Below, one piece after another: positions 7,999-17,063 of a stretch of DNA of 24,147 nucleotides. The stretch is from a virus (lineage: Duplodnaviria; Caudoviricetes), in the IMG/VR virus record IMGVR_UViG_3300036794_000004, positions 1 to 24,147 of that record; one strand, 5' to 3'. How positions within the stretch are numbered: the first letter of the stretch is position 1; the number at the start of each line of letters is the position of its first letter. The position numbers and the translations under genes are program-made. Under the pieces are notes generated by a model. The model saw only the letters and a list, made by a program, of their open reading frames with translations, was not told the origin of the DNA and ran no database searches.

Positions 7999-8642
7999 TG
8001 AATAGATTACCTATAGTTGGCAGCGATATAGAGCAATGGGGAAGTATTCTAAATGGCTTTCTTGGTGTTTCACACAACAGCGATGGAAGCCTCAACGCGA
8101 CTGCGATAAAAAATGCTGGTTCAATAGCCGATGTTACCCTCGGCTCAAATTCGTCTGTACTTACTCTCCCAGCACTCGTTATTCCTCCGACCGCGCGAGT
8201 CGCAATTTTAACCGCGAAGGCGCAAGTTACTGGTAATACTAATGGTTTTCAGTGGGAGCACGTACGTCTACGTGTTAATGCAGATTCGACTATAAACCAC
8301 TACGGTTGGTCGGGAGTTAATTCTGATATTACACACGTTACTTCAACCGTTGGTACAGATACTGATTCTGTATTAGCTGGTCATGCTCCTTCTGATTCTG
8401 CTCCTTCCGGTTCAGGAATTATTCATTGTGATTTTTCCTTTCCCAGCGATGGTGCGAGTGTGAAGGCATTTACATTTGATAATTTACTCGTCACTTCTTT
8501 TACTGATTATTCAAGTGTAATTCCACTTCGTTGGCAGGGTGGCGGGTTTTGGATTGGTCCAGGTGCAATTACAGAAATTACTCTTTTTCCAGCATCGGGA
8601 CAATTTACTGCTGGTTCACGGGCCATTCTTACTTTTGTTTAA
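7998..8642 (+). CDS. Short fibre / receptor-binding-like protein
   Basis: N-terminal 'RLPIVGSD..QWGSILNGFL..SHNSDGSL' virion-attachment-type motif. C-terminal 'AITEITLFPASGQFTAGSRAILTF' is typical of fibre tip beta-sandwich domains. Confidence 0.6.
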   Translation: MNRLPIVGSDIEQWGSILNGFLGVSHNSDGSLNATAIKNAGSIADVTLGSNSSVLTLPALVIPPTARVAILTAKAQVTGNTNGFQWEHVRLRVNADSTINHYGWSGVNSDITHVTSTVGTDTDSVLAGHAPSDSAPSGSGIIHCDFSFPSDGASVKAFTFDNLLVTSFTDYSSVIPLRWQGGGFWIGPGAITEITLFPASGQFTAGSRAILTFV

Positions 8643-8677
8643 GAAAACCGATGTTTCGACCATGATGGAGAGTGTAG

Positions 8678-8866
8678 ATGGCTAAATTAAGATATACTGG
8701 TTCTCACGCAGTAGAACTAAAAGTCGCCGGTGAAGATCGTCATGTCATGGTCGGAACTGGTGACTTCGGAAATTTCGATATAACTGATCCATATATTATA
8801 TCTTTACAGAAGCAGGATTTACTCATTGATGGCGAGCCGCCGAAGGTGAAAGAAGGTGAGAAGTAA
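8678..8866 (+). CDS. Small hypothetical protein upstream of sheath
   Basis: 62 aa with GGAGAG RBS (8667-8672). A small ORF in this position is common in myophages. Confidence 0.6.
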   Translation: MAKLRYTGSHAVELKVAGEDRHVMVGTGDFGNFDITDPYIISLQKQDLLIDGEPPKVKEGEK

Positions 8867-8868
8867 TA

Positions 8869-10332
8869 ATGACAGTTATTCGTCCTGGTAGTGCTGTAGT
8901 TCTTGTTAATACACCTACTATCACTTCGACGCCTTCTGATACTGGTACTGCTTTCATGGCGGGTCTTAGTGATCGTGGGCCTACAAAAACTGCACTAGCT
9001 CCTACTGATATAATCACATCATTAACTCAGTTCGTTACGGTCTACGGTGATCGACAAACATATAGTTCACTATATGATGCTGTAGACTTATTCTTTAAGG
9101 AGGGCGGCAATAAAGTCTATATCGGTAGAGTTGTTGGTCCTAGCGCAACAAAGGGTTCCCTTAACCTACTTGATGGCTCCTCTGCTGTCTCTCTTGTTGC
9201 TACTGCTATTGGTGCAGGCGCTTGGAGTGCTAATTACAAAGTGGCAGTTGTGGCGGGTAGTGGTGCTAATTACCAAATCAATGTTACAGACGCTTCGAAT
9301 AATATACTCGAAAACTCCGGTGATTTACCGGATCAGCAAAGTGCTGTTAACTGGTCGCAGTATTCGAGTTACATTCGTATCACGATTGGCGCGGCTGTTG
9401 ACAATCCGGTAGTCCATGCTGCTACTGCTCTAAGTGCAGGCAATGATGATAGAGGCAATATCACTGATACTCAGTGGTTAAATGCTCTTAACTCATTCGC
9501 ACTTATTCTTGGTCCTGGCCAGGTACTTGCTCCTGGTAGAACTAGCACAACTGGCCTGCAACAGCTTATCAACCACGCTGAGACTAATGGACGTGCGGCA
9601 CTCTTGGATGCTATTAATGATCCCACAGTTGCTACACTAGAATCGAATAGTAATGCGTTAACGAATAGTCGATTTGCTGCTCAACCATTCTGGCCTTGGG
9701 TGGTTATTCCAGCAGCTTCTAGTGGACCTACGGGTTCTTTCCGTACAGTTCCTCCTAGTGCTATGATTGCTGGTATCATTGCCAGAAATGATCCTAGCCT
9801 TGGAACTGATACACCGGCAGCTGGTAAAAATGGAATCAGTAATTATGCTGTTGATCTTTCGCAGCCAGCGCTTGATGATCCTACACGTACTACTCTCAAT
9901 AACGGTTATATCAATGTAATCAGAAATATCAATGGTGACATTGAGAACTACGGTTGGCGTAGTCTTGCCGATCCAATCAATGATCCTAACTGGATTGACT
10001 TCGGTAATGGACGCCTCTACAATGATATTTCTGAAACCCTGAACGATATTGCTGAGAACTTCGTTTTTGATAATATTGATGGACAGAATGGTGTAACGAT
10101 TCAGTCCTTCCATGGAGCATTGGCTGGTGCTTTACTTATCTACTATCAGAATAGACAGTTGTTTGATTTAGATGGTACAGCTGCTACGGCTTTCACAGTA
10201 GATACATCGGCATCAGTTAATACACTCCCAAATATTGCAGCATTAAATCTTAAAGCTGCTGTTGGTGTGAGAATGGCACCGATGGCTGAGTACGTTGAAA
10301 TTGATGTTACTAAGCTACCTGTTGCCGGCTAG
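8869..10332 (+). CDS. Contractile tail sheath protein
   Basis: 487 aa with 'RPG..V', 'TAFMAGLSDRGP', 'FFKEGGNKVYIGRVVG', 'GAWSANYKVAV', 'FWPWV...VPPSAMIAGIIARND', 'LNNGYINVIR...YGWRSL' and 'PMAEYVEI' motifs. Confidence 0.95.
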   Translation: MTVIRPGSAVVLVNTPTITSTPSDTGTAFMAGLSDRGPTKTALAPTDIITSLTQFVTVYGDRQTYSSLYDAVDLFFKEGGNKVYIGRVVGPSATKGSLNLLDGSSAVSLVATAIGAGAWSANYKVAVVAGSGANYQINVTDASNNILENSGDLPDQQSAVNWSQYSSYIRITIGAAVDNPVVHAATALSAGNDDRGNITDTQWLNALNSFALILGPGQVLAPGRTSTTGLQQLINHAETNGRAALLDAINDPTVATLESNSNALTNSRFAAQPFWPWVVIPAASSGPTGSFRTVPPSAMIAGIIARNDPSLGTDTPAAGKNGISNYAVDLSQPALDDPTRTTLNNGYINVIRNINGDIENYGWRSLADPINDPNWIDFGNGRLYNDISETLNDIAENFVFDNIDGQNGVTIQSFHGALAGALLIYYQNRQLFDLDGTAATAFTVDTSASVNTLPNIAALNLKAAVGVRMAPMAEYVEIDVTKLPVAG

Positions 10333-10343
10333 GAGGTGTCATA

Positions 10344-10793
10344 ATGGCTCAGGCTAGAACTTCTGGTGCTCGTAAAGATACTTGGCTAGTAGGCGCCACT
10401 CTTACCGATGCTGGCGTATCTATTGATCTTGGTATATTTGATACTAAGACAGGTGGCGATGCTGACTCGGATGATGTTACTTATTATCCTGGTGGTATGC
10501 AGCCTATGGTTACGTTGGGTGGTAAGAAAACCACAGCCAATGTAGTTTTGCAGCGTCTCTATGATCGTGTGGCTGATGGAGCATTAGGTAATAAGCTCAT
10601 AGCCGCAACTGGTCGTGGTGCTATGTCCGTTACACAATTTGCAATGGATGATAACGGAAATGAGTTTGCGCCAGGTTGGACATGGATCGGTAAGTTAAAG
10701 CGTGTTCTGATCCCTGATGTAGATTCTAATAGTACCGATGCTGCAATCATGGAACTCGAAGTTACGATTACAGGTTCTCCTGTTGGTTTGTAA
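10344..10793 (+). CDS. Tail tube protein
   Basis: 149 aa immediately after sheath with strong AGGAGGTG RBS. Motifs 'FDTKTGG......YYPGG', 'NVVLQRLYD' and 'PDVDSNSTDAAIMELEVT'. Confidence 0.85.
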   Translation: MAQARTSGARKDTWLVGATLTDAGVSIDLGIFDTKTGGDADSDDVTYYPGGMQPMVTLGGKKTTANVVLQRLYDRVADGALGNKLIAATGRGAMSVTQFAMDDNGNEFAPGWTWIGKLKRVLIPDVDSNSTDAAIMELEVTITGSPVGL

Positions 10794-10821
10794 ATAATCC
10801 TATTCATTGAAGGAGAGAGCA

Positions 10822-11391
10822 ATGAATGAAGAAATAAGACTAGACAGTCCCACTCCGCACACGGACGATGAAACTACTGTGGAGGGGTTGACTTCTAGCC
10901 CCTCCATAGTTGATCTGATCAAGCAAGATGTATCTGATCTTGAAGAAATTACTGACGTACTTATTCCGGTACCTGGGTATGAATCTTCACATCTTACTAT
11001 TAGATATCGTTTGCCTAAAGGTAAAGAACTTGATGAATTAGTTACGAAGAATAGTCGTGAGACCAAGGATGAATATTATCGTGGAATAAATACAGCGATG
11101 GATTCAATGATTCTTTTATGTACAGGAATATTTGTTCAACCTCCTGACCATGATGAGCCGATCCAGCTTGATATCAATGGTCAGCCAGTTAAGCTTAATG
11201 CTACATTAGCAACCTTTCTCAATTGGTCCGAAATGAAAAGTTCTCGTGAAGTCGTACGATATTTATTCCGTGGTAATGATCTTGCAATAGGAGCACATTC
11301 AGCTAGACTTCAAAAATGGTTAGTGGATGTTAAGGCTGATGTTAGTAGTACGGTTTGGGATCAAATGGGGGAATTTCTGGCGGCGCGTTAG
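10822..11391 (+). CDS. Tail assembly chaperone (G-like)
   Basis: Lies between tube and tape measure. ATG 10822 is preferred over TTG 10807 because of the AGGAGAGAG RBS at 10811-10819. A slippery site sits near the 3' end. Confidence 0.75.
   Translation: MNEEIRLDSPTPHTDDETTVEGLTSSPSIVDLIKQDVSDLEEITDVLIPVPGYESSHLTIRYRLPKGKELDELVTKNSRETKDEYYRGINTAMDSMILLCTGIFVQPPDHDEPIQLDINGQPVKLNATLATFLNWSEMKSSREVVRYLFRGNDLAIGAHSARLQKWLVDVKADVSSTVWDQMGEFLAAR
11367..11373 (+). promoter_or_regulatory. Programmed -1 ribosomal frameshift site G GGG GAA
   Basis: ATG GGG GAA lies near the end of the chaperone ORF, and the -1 frame is open from there to TAA 11573. This is the canonical position for the G/GT frameshift. 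Confidence 0.8.
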
Positions 11392-11573
11392 ATGCCGCTG
11401 CACAAATAGCTGCATTGGGAATGGAACAATTAGCTTGGAGATTTATGACTACACCAGATCAATTTGAACGTGAAATGATTATTCAAATAGCAAACCGTGT
11501 AGCAGAATTTAGAGATGTACTTGATAATAATCTCGCTGTGACAATAGGAAAGAAATTAGGTTTAATCAAATAA
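11367..11573 (+). CDS. Tail assembly chaperone frameshift extension (T-like part of G-T fusion)
   Basis: The -1 frame ORF 11355..11573 has no convincing RBS of its own and ends immediately before the tape measure ATG. Confidence 0.75.
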   Translation, partial: GGISGGALDAAAQIAALGMEQLAWRFMTTPDQFEREMIIQIANRVAEFRDVLDNNLAVTIGKKLGLIK

Positions 11574-13562
11574 ATGTTTAGTGGACTAGCATCCGAAGAA
11601 CGTATACGCGTATTGCTGGAACTTATTGGCGGCCCAGCATATAAAGCTCAGCTTGCAGGTGCGAGTAAATTCACTACTGAGCTTAGTGAAGCAACTAAAA
11701 TTGCCAATAAGCAAGCAATAGCCGCCGCCCGCGGTACGTTCCTCTATGGACAGGCTATCTACACTTTGCGTCGTTACGCTTTTTATGGTACATTAGCATT
11801 AACTGGATTGGCTGCTTGGGTAGTTAAACTTGGATTTAGTTATAATGCTACTAGACAACAAGCTATTGCCATGCTTGCCCCGTTTGTGGGTGGTGCAGCA
11901 AATGTTAAGCGAGTAACTGATCAAATATTCAGAATAGCTGCTCTTACACCTTTCCAATTTAAAGATGTATCATTAGCATTTCAGCAGATGTTTGTGGCTC
12001 TAAAAGGTCAAGGTGTTAGTACTGGAACGGTTCTAAAAACTATTCAAGCCATTTCTAACGGCTTATCTGCAATTGGTAGAACTTCTCCAGAAGCCTTAAA
12101 TAAGGCTGCTTTGGCATTGCAGAAGATGGCTTATCAAGGTAGACTAACGGGACTTACTATTAGACAGCTTGCATCAGATGGTATTCCGATCTATGATATT
12201 CTAAATAAGAAGTTAGGAATAACTGGTAATCAACTTAGTAATATAGCATCTCTTAATCTTCCAGCTAATACAGTTTTAAAAGCAATTAATAGTTACCTAC
12301 TGAATACAAAAGGTTTCAGTGGTGCAGCAATTCGTTCACAGCTCCAAACTTTCCAAGGTGTATGGAGTACATTTAAGGACTTCCTGAGTCAAGCTGCTGG
12401 TGGTAGCACAGGTGGCGCGTTTAGTGGTATCTTTAAAATGTTACGGGGTATAGATTTAGCTTTCGCTGGAATAAATAGTCATGGTGGAGTTATCACGATG
12501 AGACAATTTGTTACAGCTATTGATAGTGTTGTTAGTCCAAAAACTCATGCTGTTCTGATTTTCTTCAATACTTTAACTGGCGTGTTCAACGGATTTGTGT
12601 TCGCTGCCAATAGTGTAATAAAAATAATAAGTGGCATCACAACAGGACTTAGTAAATTATTAGGGATATTCGGTATTAAAGGCGGATCGGGTGGTGTAAC
12701 AGGTGGTGCTCATGTATTGGGATTCACCGTTGGACTTTTTGCTGCATATACATTAATCCACTCTATGAAGAAAGCTGTTCTGGAGCTTGCTACAGCTTTT
12801 AGAAGTGAAGCCGCAGCAGAAACCGCAAGTAGTATATTTAGCATACGTGGTAGTGGGCGTACTTTAGTAACTTTTGGGAAGAATATGTGGATTGCTGTAG
12901 CTGCTCTACGTGCTGGTAAAGATGCTATGGCAGCGGAGTTTATTTTTGGTGCTAAACTAACAAAGATGTTTACTTGGTTAACTACAGGCGTAACTGCACT
13001 TACTACTAGACTTCTCGCGTTTGATATAGTAGCGGGTGCTACTGTAGTTACAATGTTGACATGGCTTGGTGTTTTAGGAGCTATAGCAGCAGCTATATAT
13101 TTGATTATTAAATATCACAAGCAGCTAGGAGCTGGTGTTAAACAAGTTTTTAATACTAAACCCTTACCACAACAATCCACTAAAAACCAACCATTTTTTA
13201 GTTGGGATAAAGGTTTTAAATATGGAATACCAATTCAAGCATTAACACCCTGGAAATGGAAGGCTAAGGACATTCTTGGAAATGGTCCTTCTTGGGGATT
13301 TAATATTAAAAAAATAGAGCCTTGGCATTGGTTTGGTACGGGTGGTATAGTTCCTGGTCCTATAGGCTCACCAAAGATGATTATGGCGCATGGTGGAGAA
13401 ACTGTACTTCCAAACCCCAACTATAACATAGGTACCTCTAAGGTTCCTGGTAATATATTTAGTGGTACGCAATTCATGCAACCCATTATTCTACAAGTTG
13501 GGCAGAAAACTCTCCTAAATATTATAGCACAAACGAGGGCTGATGTCGCAGCAGGTCAGTAA
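11574..13562 (+). CDS. Tape measure protein
   Basis: 662 aa, Ala/Gly-rich and helical. Contains tape-measure domain motif 'AALTPFQFKDV...ALQKMAYQGRLTG..IRQLASDGIPIYDIL', hydrophobic segments, and C-terminal 'FGTGGIVPGP...AHGGETVLP'. Confidence 0.92.
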   Translation: MFSGLASEERIRVLLELIGGPAYKAQLAGASKFTTELSEATKIANKQAIAAARGTFLYGQAIYTLRRYAFYGTLALTGLAAWVVKLGFSYNATRQQAIAMLAPFVGGAANVKRVTDQIFRIAALTPFQFKDVSLAFQQMFVALKGQGVSTGTVLKTIQAISNGLSAIGRTSPEALNKAALALQKMAYQGRLTGLTIRQLASDGIPIYDILNKKLGITGNQLSNIASLNLPANTVLKAINSYLLNTKGFSGAAIRSQLQTFQGVWSTFKDFLSQAAGGSTGGAFSGIFKMLRGIDLAFAGINSHGGVITMRQFVTAIDSVVSPKTHAVLIFFNTLTGVFNGFVFAANSVIKIISGITTGLSKLLGIFGIKGGSGGVTGGAHVLGFTVGLFAAYTLIHSMKKAVLELATAFRSEAAAETASSIFSIRGSGRTLVTFGKNMWIAVAALRAGKDAMAAEFIFGAKLTKMFTWLTTGVTALTTRLLAFDIVAGATVVTMLTWLGVLGAIAAAIYLIIKYHKQLGAGVKQVFNTKPLPQQSTKNQPFFSWDKGFKYGIPIQALTPWKWKAKDILGNGPSWGFNIKKIEPWHWFGTGGIVPGPIGSPKMIMAHGGETVLPNPNYNIGTSKVPGNIFSGTQFMQPIILQVGQKTLLNIIAQTRADVAAGQ

Positions 13563-14220
13563 GCGTAGGCCCAATCAGGTCTTAATAGTTAGTACGGATA
13601 ATAAGTTCTCCGTACTAGCTTTGCTTGGGCAAACCGCCAATCACGTAACAGATGGTTATGGTGGTTGGACAGTTAATAATAGACCACGCAAAGTAGGTTA
13701 TACGTCTTATACAGGTCGTAACCCATTCCAGTTGTCATTGGGTATCATGGTAGATGGTTTTGAAACTGGTGATTCTATCGAACCTCGTATGAGACAACTT
13801 ACTTGGATGGCACTTCCCATTCCTGGTGATCAACCACGTACTGTAAAAATCTACGGAGCTATTCCATATCCTAATACTGGTAGTTGGGTAATCAATGGGA
13901 TAGACGAGGGCGATGCTACAATCTGGCATGAGAGTGGTGCTTATAGACTTCGCCAAGATTTAACTCTCACAATGCTAGAATATGTTAAAGCTGATTCACT
14001 TGACCTTGTTCAAGCTAGAGCGCAATTATCACCTAGTACACGACAGCCATATGTCATCAAGAAGGGTGACACATTTAATGGTATAGCTGCTTTGTATCTA
14101 GGCGATCCTACAAAGGGAAATGCGCTCGCTAGAGCAAACGGAATCAATGATCCAGCTTCGATTGGTAAGTATATTGGTAAATCAATCAAACTTAATGTCC
14201 AACTAGTACAGACTAACTAA
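13543..14220 (+). CDS. Tail tube initiator / baseplate protein with C-terminal LysM domain
   Basis: LysM motif 'YVIKKGDTFNGIAALYLGD...ALARANGINDP'. The N-terminal part is tube-initiator-like ('WVINGI...QDLTLTMLEY'). Located directly after the tape measure gene. Confidence 0.85.
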   Translation: MSQQVSKRRPNQVLIVSTDNKFSVLALLGQTANHVTDGYGGWTVNNRPRKVGYTSYTGRNPFQLSLGIMVDGFETGDSIEPRMRQLTWMALPIPGDQPRTVKIYGAIPYPNTGSWVINGIDEGDATIWHESGAYRLRQDLTLTMLEYVKADSLDLVQARAQLSPSTRQPYVIKKGDTFNGIAALYLGDPTKGNALARANGINDPASIGKYIGKSIKLNVQLVQTN

Positions 14221-14221
14221 T

Positions 14222-16405
14222 ATGCCAGCTACTTCATTAGCCAAGGTTGAAAATAACCATAAGTTCTTGGAAATATCAAATTCTCAACTTAATCAAGTTG
14301 AGCTTCTTGGCGATGACATTGACGTTGATGATTTCAAGATTAGAATTCAAAATGGTTTTCCAACCGGCGTTAATATAGCAGACCGAATTATCAATTCACC
14401 TAATATCTCTAGAACTATCCAAGGCGGAAGTACAATCTCTGTAGATATAGTAGATGATACTTTAGAATTTTGGCGTAGCGGAGCAATTCGTGCGAAGATA
14501 GATGTAGAACTTGAAGGCTTATGGTTTAGGCTTCGTCAAATAACCCGCAATAGCGGAAGAACTCTCACTCTTACATTTGAGGATAGAGAAATAGCTGTGC
14601 TGCGTACATATACTAGACGCAAAATTGCGTCGCGTGGCAGTGGTATGACTCGTGCTCAGTTTATTCTTAGTCTTCTACAAGAAGTAACCGAATTTGTCAT
14701 TCCTTATTATATTCCTGAATTAACTACACCTGAACCTGTTTATAATGCTAATGGAGCTATAGTCAATCCAAGCCCGCAGCAGCGTCAACAGGGCATTAAT
14801 CCCGATGAAACATTAACAGTTAAAAATGTTCCAGCAACTATAAACCAGATACTCATTGCTAATGCTATTCTATTAGCTGGTCATGGTTCTATTCCAGCTA
14901 ACAATTCTCATAAACGCAAGATTCTCATTTGTGCTATGATGACGGCTATTCAAGAAAGTACACTTAACAATTCACCGCCTGGATCAGCCGAAGATGGATC
15001 TGATAGTCAAGGAGTATTTCAACAGCGTCCATCACAGGGTTGGCCTAATACAATGAATGTAACGTTGGAAGCTAATGCTTTCTTTGCTAGAGCCGTAGAA
15101 GATGATGCTTTACACCCTGAATATACGTATGGTGAACTTTGTCAAGCTGTTCAACGTAGTGCGTTCCCAAATGCCTACACGCCACACCGAACAGAGGCTA
15201 CAGACTTCGTAGACGCTTTCGGAGCTACGGGGGGCGATGGAATACAACCCGCCACAGGCAGTAACGGCCAAGCGGCTTACACGACCGCGGACAGCGGTTT
15301 CTACTTCTATCGAGGCATACCGCCTAGCAGAAAGCACCAAGGTTGGAAACCTGAGTCTTCTTGGACTTGTATTCAACGTTTGGCACAAGAAGTTAACTGG
15401 CGAGCTTTCTTTGTTAGTGGTACATTCTACTATGTAAGTGATGATTGGCTTATGAAGTCTATGCCAAGAGCTATTATTAGTAGTGATTCCGACGGAGTAG
15501 ATGATATAACTGGCGACTTCGATGTTAACAAGAAAGTCGCAACTGTGGAGGTTTTGACAAGAGCCGGCAAATTTGTCATCCCACCCGGATCAGTTATCAA
15601 ATTTATCAATGAGGGTGTCTTCAATGGTAGATGGATAGTTGATACTATTTCACGCAATTTGAATGATACACAACTTACTATAGAATGTGATAAGCCACAA
15701 CCTGTACTGCTTGAACCTGCAAAGAATAACTTACCTGCTAACGCACTTCCTAGTGCACAGAAAAACAAGTTTAGTGATCCACAACAGAATCCGAATGGAA
15801 CAGCTTATTGGCATCTTCCATCTGACGGGTTTAGTAAACCAAACTTTCCTGATATCACGTCTGCTGCTACACAAGCGCAGAAGATACTGGACTACGCAAC
15901 TGCGGGTCAGTACCGCGATGATAACCCGCCAAATCAGATGAATCAATGGCGCAAAGTTGTCGATGGTAAAACACTTACTAACCAGTGTAAAAATTCTGTG
16001 AGCTTGAATCCTAAGGTTCCAGAGGTTATTACTTATCTGCTAGATAACGGTTACAAAGTTGGTACCTTCTCTATTTGCGAAGATCATGGCTGTCCCGATG
16101 TTCCAGGTGATTCATCAATGGTTGGTCACAGCGGTGGTCAAGCAATTGATATTAGTAGTATTGGTATTGATAAATTTATGCCAATTAATGGTGCTGGATT
16201 AAATGCAGCCGATATAGTCGTCATGACAGAATATGTGAAACGCATTATGTTGGCGATCAGAGATGCGTTTAATCCATCACAAATAATTTGCAATGGTACT
16301 GCAATGCTACCAAATCCAGAAATCGCTGATATTCAATGGAATAATGGTAAACAGGTAAGCTACATCACTACTGACCATCTAAATCACGTTCATGTGGGTT
16401 TTTAG
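14222..16405 (+). CDS. Baseplate hub (Mu gpP / P2 gpD-like) with lysozyme-like and M15-like peptidase domains
   Basis: Hub motifs 'ESSWTCIQRLAQEVNWRAF' and 'PGSVIKF...GVFNGRWIVDTISR'. Internal 'TAIQES...DSQGVFQQRPSQGW...QAVQRSAFP' segment, and C-terminal H-x6-D (HSGGQAID) plus HxH (DHLNHVHVGF). Confidence 0.85.
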   Translation: MPATSLAKVENNHKFLEISNSQLNQVELLGDDIDVDDFKIRIQNGFPTGVNIADRIINSPNISRTIQGGSTISVDIVDDTLEFWRSGAIRAKIDVELEGLWFRLRQITRNSGRTLTLTFEDREIAVLRTYTRRKIASRGSGMTRAQFILSLLQEVTEFVIPYYIPELTTPEPVYNANGAIVNPSPQQRQQGINPDETLTVKNVPATINQILIANAILLAGHGSIPANNSHKRKILICAMMTAIQESTLNNSPPGSAEDGSDSQGVFQQRPSQGWPNTMNVTLEANAFFARAVEDDALHPEYTYGELCQAVQRSAFPNAYTPHRTEATDFVDAFGATGGDGIQPATGSNGQAAYTTADSGFYFYRGIPPSRKHQGWKPESSWTCIQRLAQEVNWRAFFVSGTFYYVSDDWLMKSMPRAIISSDSDGVDDITGDFDVNKKVATVEVLTRAGKFVIPPGSVIKFINEGVFNGRWIVDTISRNLNDTQLTIECDKPQPVLLEPAKNNLPANALPSAQKNKFSDPQQNPNGTAYWHLPSDGFSKPNFPDITSAATQAQKILDYATAGQYRDDNPPNQMNQWRKVVDGKTLTNQCKNSVSLNPKVPEVITYLLDNGYKVGTFSICEDHGCPDVPGDSSMVGHSGGQAIDISSIGIDKFMPINGAGLNAADIVVMTEYVKRIMLAIRDAFNPSQIICNGTAMLPNPEIADIQWNNGKQVSYITTDHLNHVHVGF

Positions 16406-16749
16406 TGAATAGTATACTTTCAAAACTAGATGTACAAGATCACGATGATGCCGTTGAGCTATGGTATGGAATTATAACTAATGATGCATCTGCTGTTGAT
16501 GATGATGTATTTGTTACATTGCCTGAGCTTGATCCAGCAAAAAACCTCGGACCTTGCTACTGGAATCCTGTGGCAGGTCAATTACCAACTACAGGAATGA
16601 GAGCATTGGTCTGTTTTGATAATAGACGCAACCCTTGGATAATAATGTATGGTCCACTCGATTTTGCTGGTGTTTCACAAATAACCTCATCGGATCATAC
16701 AATAACTATTACTAACTCTCATGGCCCCATAGTAGATTTGAGTGTATAA
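16405..16749 (+). CDS. Short baseplate spike / gpV-like OB-fold protein
   Basis: 'VFVTLPELD...GPCYW......LPTTGMRALVCFD...PWII' resembles the gpV N-terminal pattern. Located after the hub gene. Confidence 0.7.
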   Translation: MNSILSKLDVQDHDDAVELWYGIITNDASAVDDDVFVTLPELDPAKNLGPCYWNPVAGQLPTTGMRALVCFDNRRNPWIIMYGPLDFAGVSQITSSDHTITITNSHGPIVDLSV

Positions 16750-17063
16750 TGCATTTTGATTACCCATTTAGATTTTCTCAGCAAACGAATCATGCTGCTG
16801 AGAATGATCAAGATACATTGGATGATATAGCTGCTTGTGTGGTAGTGTCCATTCTTACACCTTTGGGTACTAGACCTGAGGTTATAGATTTTGGTGTGCC
16901 CGATCAAGTATTTGAGTTACAGCCTTTACTGCTTGATACTATTACTCAGGCAGTTAGTACCTATGAACCACGAGCTAGTTTGATGCTTGATCAGGTAATG
17001 AGTCAACAAGATCCGCTTGTCGTACAATTAAGTGCAGCCGTTTCTATACGAAAGGCGACGTAG
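16749..17063 (+). CDS. Baseplate wedge / sheath initiator (T4 gp25 / P2 gpW-like)
   Basis: 'ILTPLGTRPEVIDFGVPD...AVSTYEPRA' is the gp25/W signature. Confidence 0.9.
   Translation: MHFDYPFRFSQQTNHAAENDQDTLDDIAACVVVSILTPLGTRPEVIDFGVPDQVFELQPLLLDTITQAVSTYEPRASLMLDQVMSQQDPLVVQLSAAVSIRKAT

Noticed and set aside
15229-15437. Frameshift at the G6 run into the alternative ORF 15237-15437
   Set aside because: It would truncate the hub fold, the alternative peptide has no recognisable features, and there is no positional precedent.
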